The notes under the pieces: generated by a model
The model's database searches: none
The model's input: the letters and a program-made list of their open reading frames with translations, nothing else
Told to the model about the DNA's origin: nothing
Translations under genes and position numbers: made by a program
Shown here: positions 8,877 to 18,676 of the stretch, one piece after another
Layout: each line of letters opens with the position of its first letter
Position numbering within the stretch: the stretch's first letter is position 1
Assembly (NCBI GenBank): GCA_036336835.1
Contig: JAYZFK010000062.1
Location: forward strand, 219,822 to 283,821
DNA from: Myxococcota bacterium
Lineage (GTDB): Bacteria > Myxococcota_A > UBA9160 > UBA4427
DNA: 64,000 nt
Direction: 5' to 3'

Positions 8877-10343
8877 TCATGCGTTGGCGGGTGAAACTGC
8901 GTAGTCCTCGAGTTTCGGGGCGGCCATCTCGGCGCGGAAGCGCGAGAAGGCGAAGGGCCAGGCGAATGGGATACCGCGGTCGTCGAGGTACCAGCTGCGG
9001 CAGCCGGTGGCCCAGACAGTCTTCTTCGCGGCGGCGACCCGTTCGTCCTCGAACCGCGCCGCTGCTTCCGCCGTCGGCATGGCGGTCTCGAGTTCGCCCC
9101 GTTGCACCTGCTCGACGAGCTTGAGCATGTAGGCGAACTGCATCTCGGCCGTCTGTACCAGCGAGAAGTTGCCGACCGGACTGTTCGGCCCGTTCAGCAT
9201 GAAGAAGTTCGGGAAGCCCGCTACCGCCACGGACAGGTACGCCGACGGTCGAGCCTTCCAGACGTCGTCGAGCAGGACGCCGTTGCAGCCGACGATCTTC
9301 ATCGGACGCATGAAGCGATCGACCTGAAAGCCGCTGGCGAGCACCAGGACGTCGATCTCGTGGAGCCGCCCGTCGCGCGTGCGAACGCCACGGGGCTCTA
9401 TGCGCTCGATGCTCTCGGTGACCAGCTCCGTGTTGGGGTGCTGGATGGCGTCGTAGAAGTTGTGGGAGATCACCAGGCGCTTGCACGCAGCCCGGTAGTC
9501 GGGCCGGAGTTTCTCGCGCAGTACCGGATCGCTGATCTGCGTGTCGAGGTACTCGGTGCACACCTTCTCGATGTTGTCGATCGCGGCCGAGTCGCCGTCG
9601 AGTACCGCCGTTGCGAAGCCGTCGTTGAAGTCGCGAGCGAGCTGGTCGTGGAGACTCTGGAGCATGTCCGCGTCGGTCCGGAACTCGGCCTTCTGGTCTT
9701 CGCTGTAGGCGGTCTGCTCGACCGGCACGACCCACTGCGCGGTGCGCTGGAACAGCGACAGCTTGCCCGCGCGGTGCGCGAGCGCGCCCGTGATCTGTAC
9801 GCCGCTCGATCCGGTGCCCACGATGCCGACGCGCCGGCCGTCGACCGGCACGTCGTGGTCCCAGCGCGCGCTGTGGAACATCGACCCCTCGAAGCTCTCG
9901 AGGCCCTCGATCTCCGGAAATTTGGGATGGTGGAGGATGCCGGTCGCCGCGATCACCCAGTCGAAACGGTCGACGTAGCGGTCCGCCGTCTCGAGCTCCC
10001 AGCGCCCGTCCTGCCACTCGCAGCGCACGACGGGGTCGCCGAAACGCATCGAATCCTCGAGTTCGTGGCGCCGGCTGACAGCCTCGAAGTAGGCCTGGAT
10101 CTCGGCTCCCGGGGAGCTCATGTAGCTCCATTCCGGGTTCAGCTCGAAGGAATAGCAGTACAGATGCGACGGCACGTCGCAGGCGATGCCGGGGTAGGTG
10201 TTCTCCCGCCAGGTGCCTCCTACGCGGTCGGTCTTCTCGAACAGCGTGAAGTCGAAGCCGGCCTGCCGCAGCTTGATTGCGGCGAGGATGCCCGACATCC
10301 CTGCTCCGATGATCGCGAAGCGGGGTTCGCTGCGTGCCTGCAT
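8877..10343 (-). CDS. Flavin-containing Baeyer-Villiger-type monooxygenase
   Basis: GAGMSG Rossmann motif, GGTWRENTYPG..CD, BVMO fingerprint FEGSMFHSARWD, second GTGSSG. Start placed at ATG 10343. Confidence 0.9.
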   Translation of the reverse strand: MQARSEPRFAIIGAGMSGILAAIKLRQAGFDFTLFEKTDRVGGTWRENTYPGIACDVPSHLYCYSFELNPEWSYMSSPGAEIQAYFEAVSRRHELEDSMRFGDPVVRCEWQDGRWELETADRYVDRFDWVIAATGILHHPKFPEIEGLESFEGSMFHSARWDHDVPVDGRRVGIVGTGSSGVQITGALAHRAGKLSLFQRTAQWVVPVEQTAYSEDQKAEFRTDADMLQSLHDQLARDFNDGFATAVLDGDSAAIDNIEKVCTEYLDTQISDPVLREKLRPDYRAACKRLVISHNFYDAIQHPNTELVTESIERIEPRGVRTRDGRLHEIDVLVLASGFQVDRFMRPMKIVGCNGVLLDDVWKARPSAYLSVAVAGFPNFFMLNGPNSPVGNFSLVQTAEMQFAYMLKLVEQVQRGELETAMPTAEAAARFEDERVAAAKKTVWATGCRSWYLDDRGIPFAWPFAFSRFRAEMAAPKLEDYAVSPANA

Positions 10344-10442
10344 GGGATCCGTCCAATCTTGGGTCGCGGCATCATGCACGAACCGATCCACCCTTGCACT
10401 ACAATGGTCGTGCACGTGCCCGCAGGCAAAGGAGCCCAGCGC

Positions 10443-11735
10443 ATGGCCGATCCGCTCGCTGATCTAGACCGCTACCTGCTGATTACTTCCGACAGCCACG
10501 CGGGCTCGGATCCGGCCGGCTATGGGCCGTATCTCGAACAGAAGTGGCAGGGTGGCTTCGAGGACTGGCTGAAGCAATCCGAGCAGCTCGCTGCAATGAT
10601 GCGTCAGGTGATGGGCGACCGGAGCATCGGCGTCGACGGCGACCCGGACATTGACGGCAACCGCAACTGGGACAGCGCGCGCCGGCTGCGCGAGACCGAA
10701 GCCGACGGTGTGGTCGCCGAGGTGATCTTCCCGAACACGTCTCCACCCTTCGCTCCGACCATGATGAGCGAGTTCGGCGAGGCGGAGGTCGGCGACGACT
10801 ACGAGCGTCGCTGGGCCGGCATCCGCGCCCACAACCGCTGGCTGGCCGACTTCTGCCAGGAAGCCCCGGGCCGACGCGCCGGTATCGTGCAGATCTTCCT
10901 GCCGTTCGTCGAAGAATCGGTCGAGGAGATTCGGTGGGCGAAGGACCACGGGCTATTCGGTGGCGTACTGCTGCCCGGCGCGCCTCCTGGCTCCAAGCTC
11001 GAGCCGCTGTACTCGCCATGCTACGAGCCCATCTTTGCCGTGTGTGAAGAGCTGGGCATGCCGCTCAACCACCACACCGGCGGTGCCACGCCTGACTTCG
11101 GCATGTACCTTCCCCAGTCGCTTGCCATGTTCATGCTGGAGGTGTCGTGGTGGGCGCACCGATCGCTCTGGCACCTGATGTTCAGCGGTGTGTTCGAACG
11201 GCACCCGAACCTGCAGTTCGTGCTCACCGAGTCCGGTGTTGGCTGGGCTCCGGGCGTGCTCAAGCAGCTGGATCACTTCTATGACCAGATGAAGTTCAAT
11301 GACCAGTGCTCCGAGAGCATCTTCGGCGGCCCAACCGTCGCAAAGATGTCGCTGCGTCCCTCGGAGTACTTCGCACGCCAGTGTCACATCGGCGCGAGCT
11401 TCATGCCGCCGAAGGACTGCGCCCTGCGTCACTCGATCGGGGTCGATCGCATCATGTGGGGCAGCGACTACCCGCACGTCGAAGGCAGCTACCCCTATAC
11501 GCGCGAGCACCTGCGGCTCACCTTCGAGGGGATCGATCCTGCCGAGATCCAGCAGCTGGTCGCGCGCAACGCGGCCACGCTCTACGGCTTCGATCTCGAG
11601 CGTCTCGCGCCGCTGGCGGCAAAGGTCGGTCCGACGAAGGCTGAGATCGGGCAGCCGCTCTCGTACAGCGACGTCCCCGAGAGGGCACTCAAGTGCCCAG
11701 CCTTCGCACCGGACAGCCAGCTGCGCGCCCCCTAG
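10443..11735 (+). CDS. Amidohydrolase_2 family metallohydrolase/decarboxylase
   Basis: SD AAGGAG then ATG 10443; TSDSH, AHNRWLADFC, GVFERHPNL and WGSDYPH motifs. Confidence 0.88.
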   Translation: MADPLADLDRYLLITSDSHAGSDPAGYGPYLEQKWQGGFEDWLKQSEQLAAMMRQVMGDRSIGVDGDPDIDGNRNWDSARRLRETEADGVVAEVIFPNTSPPFAPTMMSEFGEAEVGDDYERRWAGIRAHNRWLADFCQEAPGRRAGIVQIFLPFVEESVEEIRWAKDHGLFGGVLLPGAPPGSKLEPLYSPCYEPIFAVCEELGMPLNHHTGGATPDFGMYLPQSLAMFMLEVSWWAHRSLWHLMFSGVFERHPNLQFVLTESGVGWAPGVLKQLDHFYDQMKFNDQCSESIFGGPTVAKMSLRPSEYFARQCHIGASFMPPKDCALRHSIGVDRIMWGSDYPHVEGSYPYTREHLRLTFEGIDPAEIQQLVARNAATLYGFDLERLAPLAAKVGPTKAEIGQPLSYSDVPERALKCPAFAPDSQLRAP

Positions 11736-11754
11736 GCCCGCGCCGCCGCTGGGC

Positions 11755-12681
11755 TCAGGCTCCTGCTGCCTCGCCGATTCGTCGCTTTGCCTCGAGCAGC
11801 AGGTCTCCGGGGAGGGGTCCCTGCTTGGCGACTTCGACGTTGGCCGCGAGATGCGCGGGATTCGCGGTGCCCACGATCGTCGTGTGAAGATCGGGGTGAC
11901 CGAGCACGAAGCGCATCGTGAACTCCATGCGCGGCATCCCGTCGAGCAACTCGTCCAGCTTTGCGCGGGCCCACAGGTCGCGTTTTTCGGTCACGAAAGC
12001 GCGCCAGAAGCCGTGCTCCTCGTCACCGCGGTCGCGCGCTGGCGCACCTCGGGCCACTCCGCCGCGAATGATCGTTCCAGCGCCTGCCTGTGCGGCCCGG
12101 GTAATCACGGCTTCGTGCTCCGGCTGCAACAAGGAGTACGGAATCTGGAACACGTCGAAGACACCCATTTCGATGTGGTCGAGCAGATCGGGCAAGACGC
12201 TCGACATGCCGAGGAATCGCACCTTGCCTTGCTGGCGCAGCTCTTCCATCGCCTCGATGGTGCCGTGCTCTTCGAGCACCGCGCGCGAAGGGCTCGAGTG
12301 CACCTGCACCAGATCGAGGTGATCCGTCTTCATGCGGCGCAGGCTCTGCTCGACACCCGCGCGCACGTTCTCGCCGCTGAAGTCGTGCTCGAGCTTCCCG
12401 TCCTTGAAGGCGGGCTCGCGCCCGACCAGACAGGCGCACTTGCTCGCGAGGAAGAACTCTTCACGGCGATGCGCCAGATGCCTGCCGATCAGCTCCTCGG
12501 ATACGCCGTAGTCCGGGGCGGTGTCGATCAGATTGATACCCGCATCGAGGACCGAGCCAAGCAGCCTTTCGGCCTCCTTGTCCTCGAGCGGACCGCCGAA
12601 GCCGGCCAGCTCCATGGCGCCAAAGCCGAGGCGGGTGGTCTCGAAGCCGGTGCGGCCAAGTCTGGCGGTGGGCTGAGACAT
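11755..12681 (-). CDS. Aldo/keto reductase
   Basis: LGFGAM, IDTAPDYG.SE, SLRRMKTDHLDL and GKVRFLG motifs. Confidence 0.92.
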   Translation of the reverse strand: MSQPTARLGRTGFETTRLGFGAMELAGFGGPLEDKEAERLLGSVLDAGINLIDTAPDYGVSEELIGRHLAHRREEFFLASKCACLVGREPAFKDGKLEHDFSGENVRAGVEQSLRRMKTDHLDLVQVHSSPSRAVLEEHGTIEAMEELRQQGKVRFLGMSSVLPDLLDHIEMGVFDVFQIPYSLLQPEHEAVITRAAQAGAGTIIRGGVARGAPARDRGDEEHGFWRAFVTEKRDLWARAKLDELLDGMPRMEFTMRFVLGHPDLHTTIVGTANPAHLAANVEVAKQGPLPGDLLLEAKRRIGEAAGA

Positions 12682-12751
12682 CGCGCGCTCCTCTGCCGTA
12701 TCAGTGCCGCATCATGCACGAGTGTTAGCCGGCGCGCAGCACGCAAGTTGC

Positions 12752-13513
12752 TCAAGCTGCGATCACCGCGATCGTCGCGCCGAGCAACAGCGCACCGTCC
12801 ACGACTACCAGCCCGTAGCGCTCGGGATCGCCTGGACGAGCGGCGAGCCCGGCGACGGCGAAGAGCTCGAGGAGCGGGATCGGCAGCAGGCGGGTGCTCC
12901 CCATTGCGAGTGCCGCAAGTACAGCGGCGGCGCAGGCCGCCGTCGCCGTGAGCACGGAGGCCCGCGAGGAGACCAGAGCCGCGCCGCTCTCGCGATCGCG
13001 CAGATTCGACGCGATCAGGTTGCCCGCGATCGCGAGCCCGATCACCACTGTCGCCGCGGCCGCATCGCGGGGTGCTGCGCCCGTCGAGGCAACCGGCAGC
13101 CCGATGCACACCACCAGCCAGGCGAAGGTCACGTACGCGGTCTTCAGGATGGGAATGTGCTTGAGCCGACGGTGCAGCAGGCCCAGCACTCCTGCGAGTG
13201 CACACACGGCCCAGACCGGCGGAGGGAGCCGGAGCGCCGCGAAGGCACTCACGGCGCCGGCGAGCCCACACAGTACGACCAGCGAAGGCCGATGCTGCCC
13301 GACGAAGGCCGTCCGCGCCGGGGTGGTCTGGCGATCCCGCTCTAGATCGCGCAGCCGGTCGACCCCGTAGACCAGGAGCGTGCCCGAGAAGCCGAGCGCA
13401 GCGGCTTCGATCGGCAGCGAAATGCCGAGGGTCGCGCTGGTGGCGTACATCAGGGCCGGGGCGACGGCGGCTGCCCAGACGCTCGAGAAGACGACGGCAT
13501 CGAGGTAGTGGAT
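12752..13513 (-). CDS. UbiA prenyltransferase-like polytopic membrane protein (start uncertain: ATC 13513 or ATG 13450)
   Basis: Multiple TM helices; Asp-rich YGVDRLRDLERD and second NLRDRESG motif; YGLVVVDG. Confidence 0.65.
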   Translation of the reverse strand: MHYLDAVVFSSVWAAAVAPALMYATSATLGISLPIEAAALGFSGTLLVYGVDRLRDLERDRQTTPARTAFVGQHRPSLVVLCGLAGAVSAFAALRLPPPVWAVCALAGVLGLLHRRLKHIPILKTAYVTFAWLVVCIGLPVASTGAAPRDAAAATVVIGLAIAGNLIASNLRDRESGAALVSSRASVLTATAACAAAVLAALAMGSTRLLPIPLLELFAVAGLAARPGDPERYGLVVVDGALLLGATIAVIAA

Positions 13514-14505
13514 TCGGGCAGGGTAGCGCGCGGTCCGGCGTTGAAGGGTCCAAGGCGTTCGACAGATCCGAATACCAGCTCGATCCGGAAGTAGACCTCC
13601 GGAGCCGGATCGAAATCGTCTTCGCGGCGGAAGCGGATTCCGGGCTCGACCTCGAAGAACAGCCACTCGCGCAGCATCGACCAGCGGTAGCGGACCAGGG
13701 CGCGGTAGTCGACGACCTCACTGGTCGGTCGTGTGTGCGCATCCATCCGCAGCTCGATCTTCCACGCCGAACCTGCGCGCAGCGCGAAGAACTGGGAGAA
13801 GCTCGTCCGGAACTCGACCCCCTCGGTCGACTGGCCGTAGGTGGCCTCATTGCGCAGCCGGGCGAGGGATCGCGGACCCGTTCGGACGTCGAGGTCGAGT
13901 CGGCCGCGCTCTCCCAGACCGTCGTCGAGCTCCCAGAATGCGATCTGGCTCGGACGGATCGCGAGCACCCCGATGGTGTGCACTCGCTGCAAGCGAAGCC
14001 GGACGAACGGATCGGGCTCGGGCCGGAACCGGCTGCCGATGGAAAGCCGCAGCTTCGTCGCCTCGTCGTCGAAGACCACGGCGCGCAGCCCGGCCGCGAA
14101 GCCGCTCTCGTCGTCGATGCCGCCATCGAGCGCGTCCTCGTCATCGTCGCGTCCCGACAGGACCAGGCCCAGGCGGTGCTGCGTCCGAGGCAGCTGCAGG
14201 TTGGCGCGCAGGCGGGGCTTGAAGGCGAAGCTGGGTCCCTCGCGAACGCGCAGGCCGGGCGCGAGCCGGAAGAAGGACTCGTTGGTCGTGGCGGCGTAGT
14301 TGTCGTCGCCGAAGAATCTGTCCAAGCCGGCGATGAATCGGTCCAGCTCGCGTTCGACGAGATCGTAGCTCCGGTCGATAGGGTTCTTCCGCGCGTGCGG
14401 CTGCTCGGGACCGGCCTCAGGGTCGGCGTCGGCGCCCGAAGCCCCCAGGATCGCCGCCAGAGACAGCAGCCAGACGGCGCTCGGTCCATGCGCCGGTTTT
14501 GTCAT
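13450..14505 (-). CDS. Exported hypothetical protein, probable outer-membrane beta-barrel
   Basis: N-terminal signal peptide; alternating amphipathic strands (WLFFEVEPGIRF, VYFRIELVF). Confidence 0.65.
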   Translation of the reverse strand: MTKPAHGPSAVWLLSLAAILGASGADADPEAGPEQPHARKNPIDRSYDLVERELDRFIAGLDRFFGDDNYAATTNESFFRLAPGLRVREGPSFAFKPRLRANLQLPRTQHRLGLVLSGRDDDEDALDGGIDDESGFAAGLRAVVFDDEATKLRLSIGSRFRPEPDPFVRLRLQRVHTIGVLAIRPSQIAFWELDDGLGERGRLDLDVRTGPRSLARLRNEATYGQSTEGVEFRTSFSQFFALRAGSAWKIELRMDAHTRPTSEVVDYRALVRYRWSMLREWLFFEVEPGIRFRREDDFDPAPEVYFRIELVFGSVERLGPFNAGPRATLPESTTSMPSSSRASGQPPSPRP

Positions 14506-14558
14506 CCTCCGAACATGGCGCCGATCTCGCGCCGTGTCATCCTGCTAAAATCTCCAGC

Positions 14559-14780
14559 ATGTGGGTAAGCAAGGTAAGTGAGCTGATCGGCTCGTCGCCG
14601 GAGTCGTTCGAAGCGGCTGCCCGCAATGTGGTCGAGCACGCTCAGCGAACGCTGCGCGGCATCGTGGGTGTCGAGGTGATCGAGAAGCGCCTCAGGATCG
14701 AAGCGGACCGAGTGGTCGAGTACCGCGTCCGGCTCCGACTCGTGTTCGACCTCGCGCCCCGTTCAGAGCTTCACTGGTAG
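14559..14780 (+). CDS. Dodecin family protein
   Basis: 73 aa, KVSELIGSSPESFEAA...TLRGI...EYRVRL. TAAAAT lies 7 nt before ATG 14559. Confidence 0.8.
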   Translation: MWVSKVSELIGSSPESFEAAARNVVEHAQRTLRGIVGVEVIEKRLRIEADRVVEYRVRLRLVFDLAPRSELHW

Positions 14781-14784
14781 TCTG

Positions 14785-15003
14785 ATGGCCGTCGCCTCCG
14801 TCTCCACGATTACCGCCGCATCCCCCGAGAGCTGGCAGGACGCTGCGTTGCGCGGCTTCGAGCGCGCCAACGAGACCCTTCGCGGCATTACCGGCATCAA
14901 GGTGATCGAGGAGAAGGCGCAGGTCGCGGACGGCCGCATCACCGAGTACCTCGTGACATTGCAAGTGGTTTTCGTGCTCGAGGGCTCCGACGAGTCCGCC
15001 TGA
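14785..15003 (+). CDS. Dodecin family protein (second copy)
   Basis: 72 aa, ASPESWQDA...RANETLRGITGI...EYLVTLQVVFVL. Confidence 0.85.
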   Translation: MAVASVSTITAASPESWQDAALRGFERANETLRGITGIKVIEEKAQVADGRITEYLVTLQVVFVLEGSDESA

Positions 15004-16010
15004 TGAGCTCGCACGTCCCCGCAATCGTAATGGCTGGCGACCGCGGATCGGCTCGCCCGGTGTATGGCGAGAGCAAGGTCTACCTCGAGATCGCGGGGCG
15101 GCCACTGGTCGCGCACGTCGTGGCCACGTTGCAGTGCGTCCCGGAGATCTCGGAGGTTTGGGTGGTCGGCGATGCCACGCGCCTCTCTGCCGTGCTCGGC
15201 GAGGAGGGCGTGCAGGCCGAGTTTCGCAAGCCGCTCCAGATCGTCGAGCAGTTCGAGAACCTCTACGAGAACGCCTGGCAGATGTATCGGCGCGCGCTTC
15301 CGGGCGCGCCGCCGGACGGCCGCGACCCGGAAAGCGAGGGCGATCGCGATTTCCAGGTGCTCTTTCTGTCGGGCGATCTGCCGTTTGCCACGCCGCAGGA
15401 GATCTCGGAGTTCGTCCGCGAGTCGCAGGTGACCGGCTGCGAGTACGGCATTGGCATCAGCGCCGAGCCTTCGCTGGCGTTGTTCCACCCCACGGCGGAA
15501 CACCTCGGGATCGAGGTCACCTACTTCAATCTGCGCGAAGCGCGACTCAAGCAGAACAACCTGCACCTCGCCAAGCCGGCCCGGATCCTGAATCGCCACT
15601 ACATCGAGGAGATGTACCAGCACCGCAAGCAGCGCGAGATCGGGAGCATGATCTCGCTCGCATGGCGGCTGCTGCGCGCTCGCGAGGGCACGATCTCGAT
15701 CGCGTGCTTCTACGCTGTCATGCACTTCGCAGCTGTGCTCGATCGCTGGCGCCTGCGTCTCCTTGCGGACTGGGTGCGTCGGTTCGTCTCGACCGGCCGG
15801 GTCGAGCGTGGGCTGTCGCGGTTGCTGAAGGCCTCGGTTCGGCTGGTGACCGTCGAGACGGGCGGCTGTGCCGTCGACGTCGACACCGAAGAGGAGTACG
15901 ACGCCATCCGCTTGGACCGCGACCGCCTGTATGCGCGCGTGTGCGAGCGCGCCGAGGCCACCTACGGACCGCTGCCACTGCCTCCTCGAAGCGAGAGCAA
16001 AGTGTCGTGA
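15003..16010 (+). CDS. MobA-like NTP-transferase/nucleotidyltransferase family protein
   Basis: AIVMAG...SKVYLEIAGRPLV, LSGDLPF and C-terminal DVDTEEEY motifs. Confidence 0.75.
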   Translation: MSSHVPAIVMAGDRGSARPVYGESKVYLEIAGRPLVAHVVATLQCVPEISEVWVVGDATRLSAVLGEEGVQAEFRKPLQIVEQFENLYENAWQMYRRALPGAPPDGRDPESEGDRDFQVLFLSGDLPFATPQEISEFVRESQVTGCEYGIGISAEPSLALFHPTAEHLGIEVTYFNLREARLKQNNLHLAKPARILNRHYIEEMYQHRKQREIGSMISLAWRLLRAREGTISIACFYAVMHFAAVLDRWRLRLLADWVRRFVSTGRVERGLSRLLKASVRLVTVETGGCAVDVDTEEEYDAIRLDRDRLYARVCERAEATYGPLPLPPRSESKVS

Positions 16011-16993
16011 ATACCGAGGCATCGCGCGCAGGAGCCGTGCTGTTCGAGATGAGCTCGCGCGGAACGATCGCCGTCTCGGGCAACGATCGCGAACGCTGGC
16101 TCGGTGGAATGGTCAGCAACGATGTGGCCGCTCTCGTCGAGGATCCGGGTCGTTCCGGTTGTTACGCCGCCCTGTTGACGCCGCAGGGGCGGATCGTGGC
16201 CGATCTGCACGTGTTGCAGCGCGGAGACTGCTACTGGCTCGAGACACGGCGCGACGCGGTGCAGCCCGTGATCGAGCGGCTCGAGCGCTACGTGATCGCG
16301 GATGACGTGCAGCTGCGCGATGCGAGCGACGAGCACGCCCGGCTCGCACTCGAGGGCGCTCGCGCGCGTGACGTGCTGGGTGCGCTGTTGGGACGACCGG
16401 TCGCCGTCGCGCCCGACTGCGTCGAGGATGCCGAGATCGACGGCGAGGCGATTGCCGTCGCAGCCTTCGGGTGGAGCGGTGAGGAGGCGTTCCAGCTGTT
16501 CGCGCCGAGTGCAGCAGCTGACCGGCTGTCGAGGACCCTGCTCGCCGCAGAAGGCGTCGTCGCGGGGACGGCCGAGCTGCTCGAACTGATGCGCGTAGAG
16601 GCGGGCATTCCGGAGCTTGGAGCCGAGCTGGCCGAGGATACGCTCCCCGACGAGGCCCGCATCGGCCACGCGATCTGCGACACGAAGGGGTGCTACACCG
16701 GCCAGGAGGTGATCGCGCGGCTGCGCTCGCGTGGCGGGGTGAAACACCGCCTGGTAGGGCTGCGCGGCCGCGACCTTCCTGCTCCGGGTGCTCGCATCGA
16801 GCGTGCGAACGGCAAGCGAACGGGCGAGCTGACCAGCCGCGCCCGCTCCGATCTCGTCGGTGGCGAGATTGGGCTCGGCTTCGTCCACCGCGACGATGCC
16901 GAGGCTGGGACGCGGCTCATCTGCGAAGACCGCGAGGTGGTGGTCTCGGACCTGCCCTTCGTCGAGCTCGTGGCGTCGCGGACCCAGGCGTGA
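16007..16993 (+). CDS. ygfZ: YgfZ/GcvT-like folate-binding protein
   Basis: Signature KGCYTGQE; LTPQGR; GTGA overlap at 16007. Confidence 0.88.
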   Translation: MNTEASRAGAVLFEMSSRGTIAVSGNDRERWLGGMVSNDVAALVEDPGRSGCYAALLTPQGRIVADLHVLQRGDCYWLETRRDAVQPVIERLERYVIADDVQLRDASDEHARLALEGARARDVLGALLGRPVAVAPDCVEDAEIDGEAIAVAAFGWSGEEAFQLFAPSAAADRLSRTLLAAEGVVAGTAELLELMRVEAGIPELGAELAEDTLPDEARIGHAICDTKGCYTGQEVIARLRSRGGVKHRLVGLRGRDLPAPGARIERANGKRTGELTSRARSDLVGGEIGLGFVHRDDAEAGTRLICEDREVVVSDLPFVELVASRTQA

Positions 16994-17670
16994 GCCGGGC
17001 AGCGCTCGTGGTCTTCGCGAAGGCACCGCGCGCGCGGCTGGTGAAAACGCGGCTCTGTCCTCCGCTCGAGCCCGAGCAGGCCGCCGCGCTCTATGAGTGC
17101 ATGCTGGACGACGTGCTCGAAGAGAGCGCTGCCGCCTGCTCGGCCCGTGCCTGTGCGCTCTACGTGACCGTGCATCCGGAGGATGCAGCGGCATCGATCG
17201 CGCAGCGCGCCCCCGACTCGGCGCGGGTCGTGGTGCAGCGCGGGCCCGATCTCGCATCGCGTATGCAGTACGCGATCGCGGAGGCGGCCGCCGCGGGTTT
17301 CGGGCACATCGTGCTTCGCGGCAGTGACAGCCCCGCGCTGCCGCGCCGTCGCATCGAGCGGGCATTCGAGGCGCTCGGGCGCTTCGATCTCGCGGTGTCG
17401 CGCAATCTCGATGGTGGCTACGACCTGTTGGGGGTTCGCCGGCCGTACCCACGCCTGCTGGATCACGCAATGAGCACGGACTCGGTCGCCAACGACACGC
17501 TGGCGAACGCGGAGCGCATGGGACTTCGCTGTCGCGAGCTGGAGCCGAGCTTCGATCTCGACACCGCCGGCGATCTCGCGCGGCTGCGCGAGGCCCGTCC
17601 CCAGCTTCCAGCCGGTCTGTGTCGCCGCACCCTCGAGCGGCTCGACGCCGAGGGCTGGTGGCCAGACTGA
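16990..17670 (+). CDS. DUF2064/TIGR04282-like (CofC-related) transferase
   Basis: VVFAKAP....VKTRL, QRGPDLASRM, GSDSP, DGGYDLLG and DLDT..DL motifs. Confidence 0.82.
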   Translation: MSRAALVVFAKAPRARLVKTRLCPPLEPEQAAALYECMLDDVLEESAAACSARACALYVTVHPEDAAASIAQRAPDSARVVVQRGPDLASRMQYAIAEAAAAGFGHIVLRGSDSPALPRRRIERAFEALGRFDLAVSRNLDGGYDLLGVRRPYPRLLDHAMSTDSVANDTLANAERMGLRCRELEPSFDLDTAGDLARLREARPQLPAGLCRRTLERLDAEGWWPD

Positions 17671-17713
17671 GTGCCGGCGAGCGATCTGCTGACTCGAAGA
17701 AGTGAGTTCAGCG

Positions 17714-18025
17714 TCAGGCCCTGATCTGCCAGCTTGCCTCGATGCCGAGCTTCTTCATCTTGGCGTATAGCGTACGGCGCCCGATCCCGAGTGCGCGTGC
17801 GGCTTCCGACCGGTTGCCCCGCACGGCGCCCAGCGTGCGGGTGATGTACCAGGTCTCGGCGAGCTCGAGCCAGCGCCTCAGGTCGAGTGGTGACTGCGGG
17901 CAGCCGCTCGCTGCGAGCAGCGAGTTCATGGCGGTCAGCTCCGAGGAGGCCTCGTCCGCCGCGCTCTTCGCGCCGTCGATTCGACGAAGCTTTGTCGCGC
18001 CTTCGATGTCGATCAGCGCTTCCAC
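17714..18025 (-). CDS. Stand-alone Fis-type helix-turn-helix protein
   Basis: E..YI..TL...RGNRSEAARALGIGRRTLYAKMKKLGI, as in the C-terminal HTH of NtrC-family activators; no AAA+ domain. Confidence 0.8.
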   Translation of the reverse strand: MEALIDIEGATKLRRIDGAKSAADEASSELTAMNSLLAASGCPQSPLDLRRWLELAETWYITRTLGAVRGNRSEAARALGIGRRTLYAKMKKLGIEASWQIRA

Positions 18026-18067
18026 AGGCTTGGTTTCCTCCCCCTCGACGGGCTACGGCACGACTCG

Positions 18068-18083
18068 TGCAAACGTTGTACCC
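18068..18083 (-). promoter_or_regulatory. Putative sigma54 (-24/-12) promoter for the Fis-HTH gene
   Basis: Minus strand GGGTACAACGTTTGCA (GG-N10-GC, TTGCA at -12), about 40 bp upstream of the start. Confidence 0.55.
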
Positions 18084-18134
18084 ATACGGAAGAGACCGGT
18101 CTGAACGCCGCGGGGTATAGCGAGCGACCTGGAG

Positions 18135-18172
18135 TGCACATCCGACGGGCACCCGTGCTCAAGAGTTGGGCA
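18135..18172. promoter_or_regulatory. Two NtrC-like binding sites
   Basis: TGCAC-N7-GGGCA (18135-18151) and TGCTC-N7-GGGCA (18156-18172), 21 bp apart, upstream of glnB. Confidence 0.55.
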
Positions 18173-18270
18173 ATCCACCGCCAGGGGACTACCACCCGGG
18201 TCGAGGAAAAATGATACCGTGCGGCGGCTCTGGACTCTGGCCCGGCCGAAACTGAACGCGCTCCCAGTGA

Positions 18271-18621
<351 letters not shown>

Positions 18622-18676
18622 TCAACCCCTAGACACACCCCCATCCCCCGACCCGGAGGGACCAGCAGGAGAATCG

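Noticed and set aside
9102..10442. N-terminal extension making the amidohydrolase an 877-aa 'fusion'
   Set aside because: It is antisense to the BVMO; the real start is ATG 10443 with an SD. The same artefact explains the long versions of mrpF, mrpD, argH, malic enzyme, ygfZ and rpmA in the ORF track.
14516..14531. GG-N10-GC motif upstream of the dodecins (TGGCGCCGATCTCGCG)
   Set aside because: Poor match at -12, expected by chance at this GC content, and a better extended -10 explains the start.
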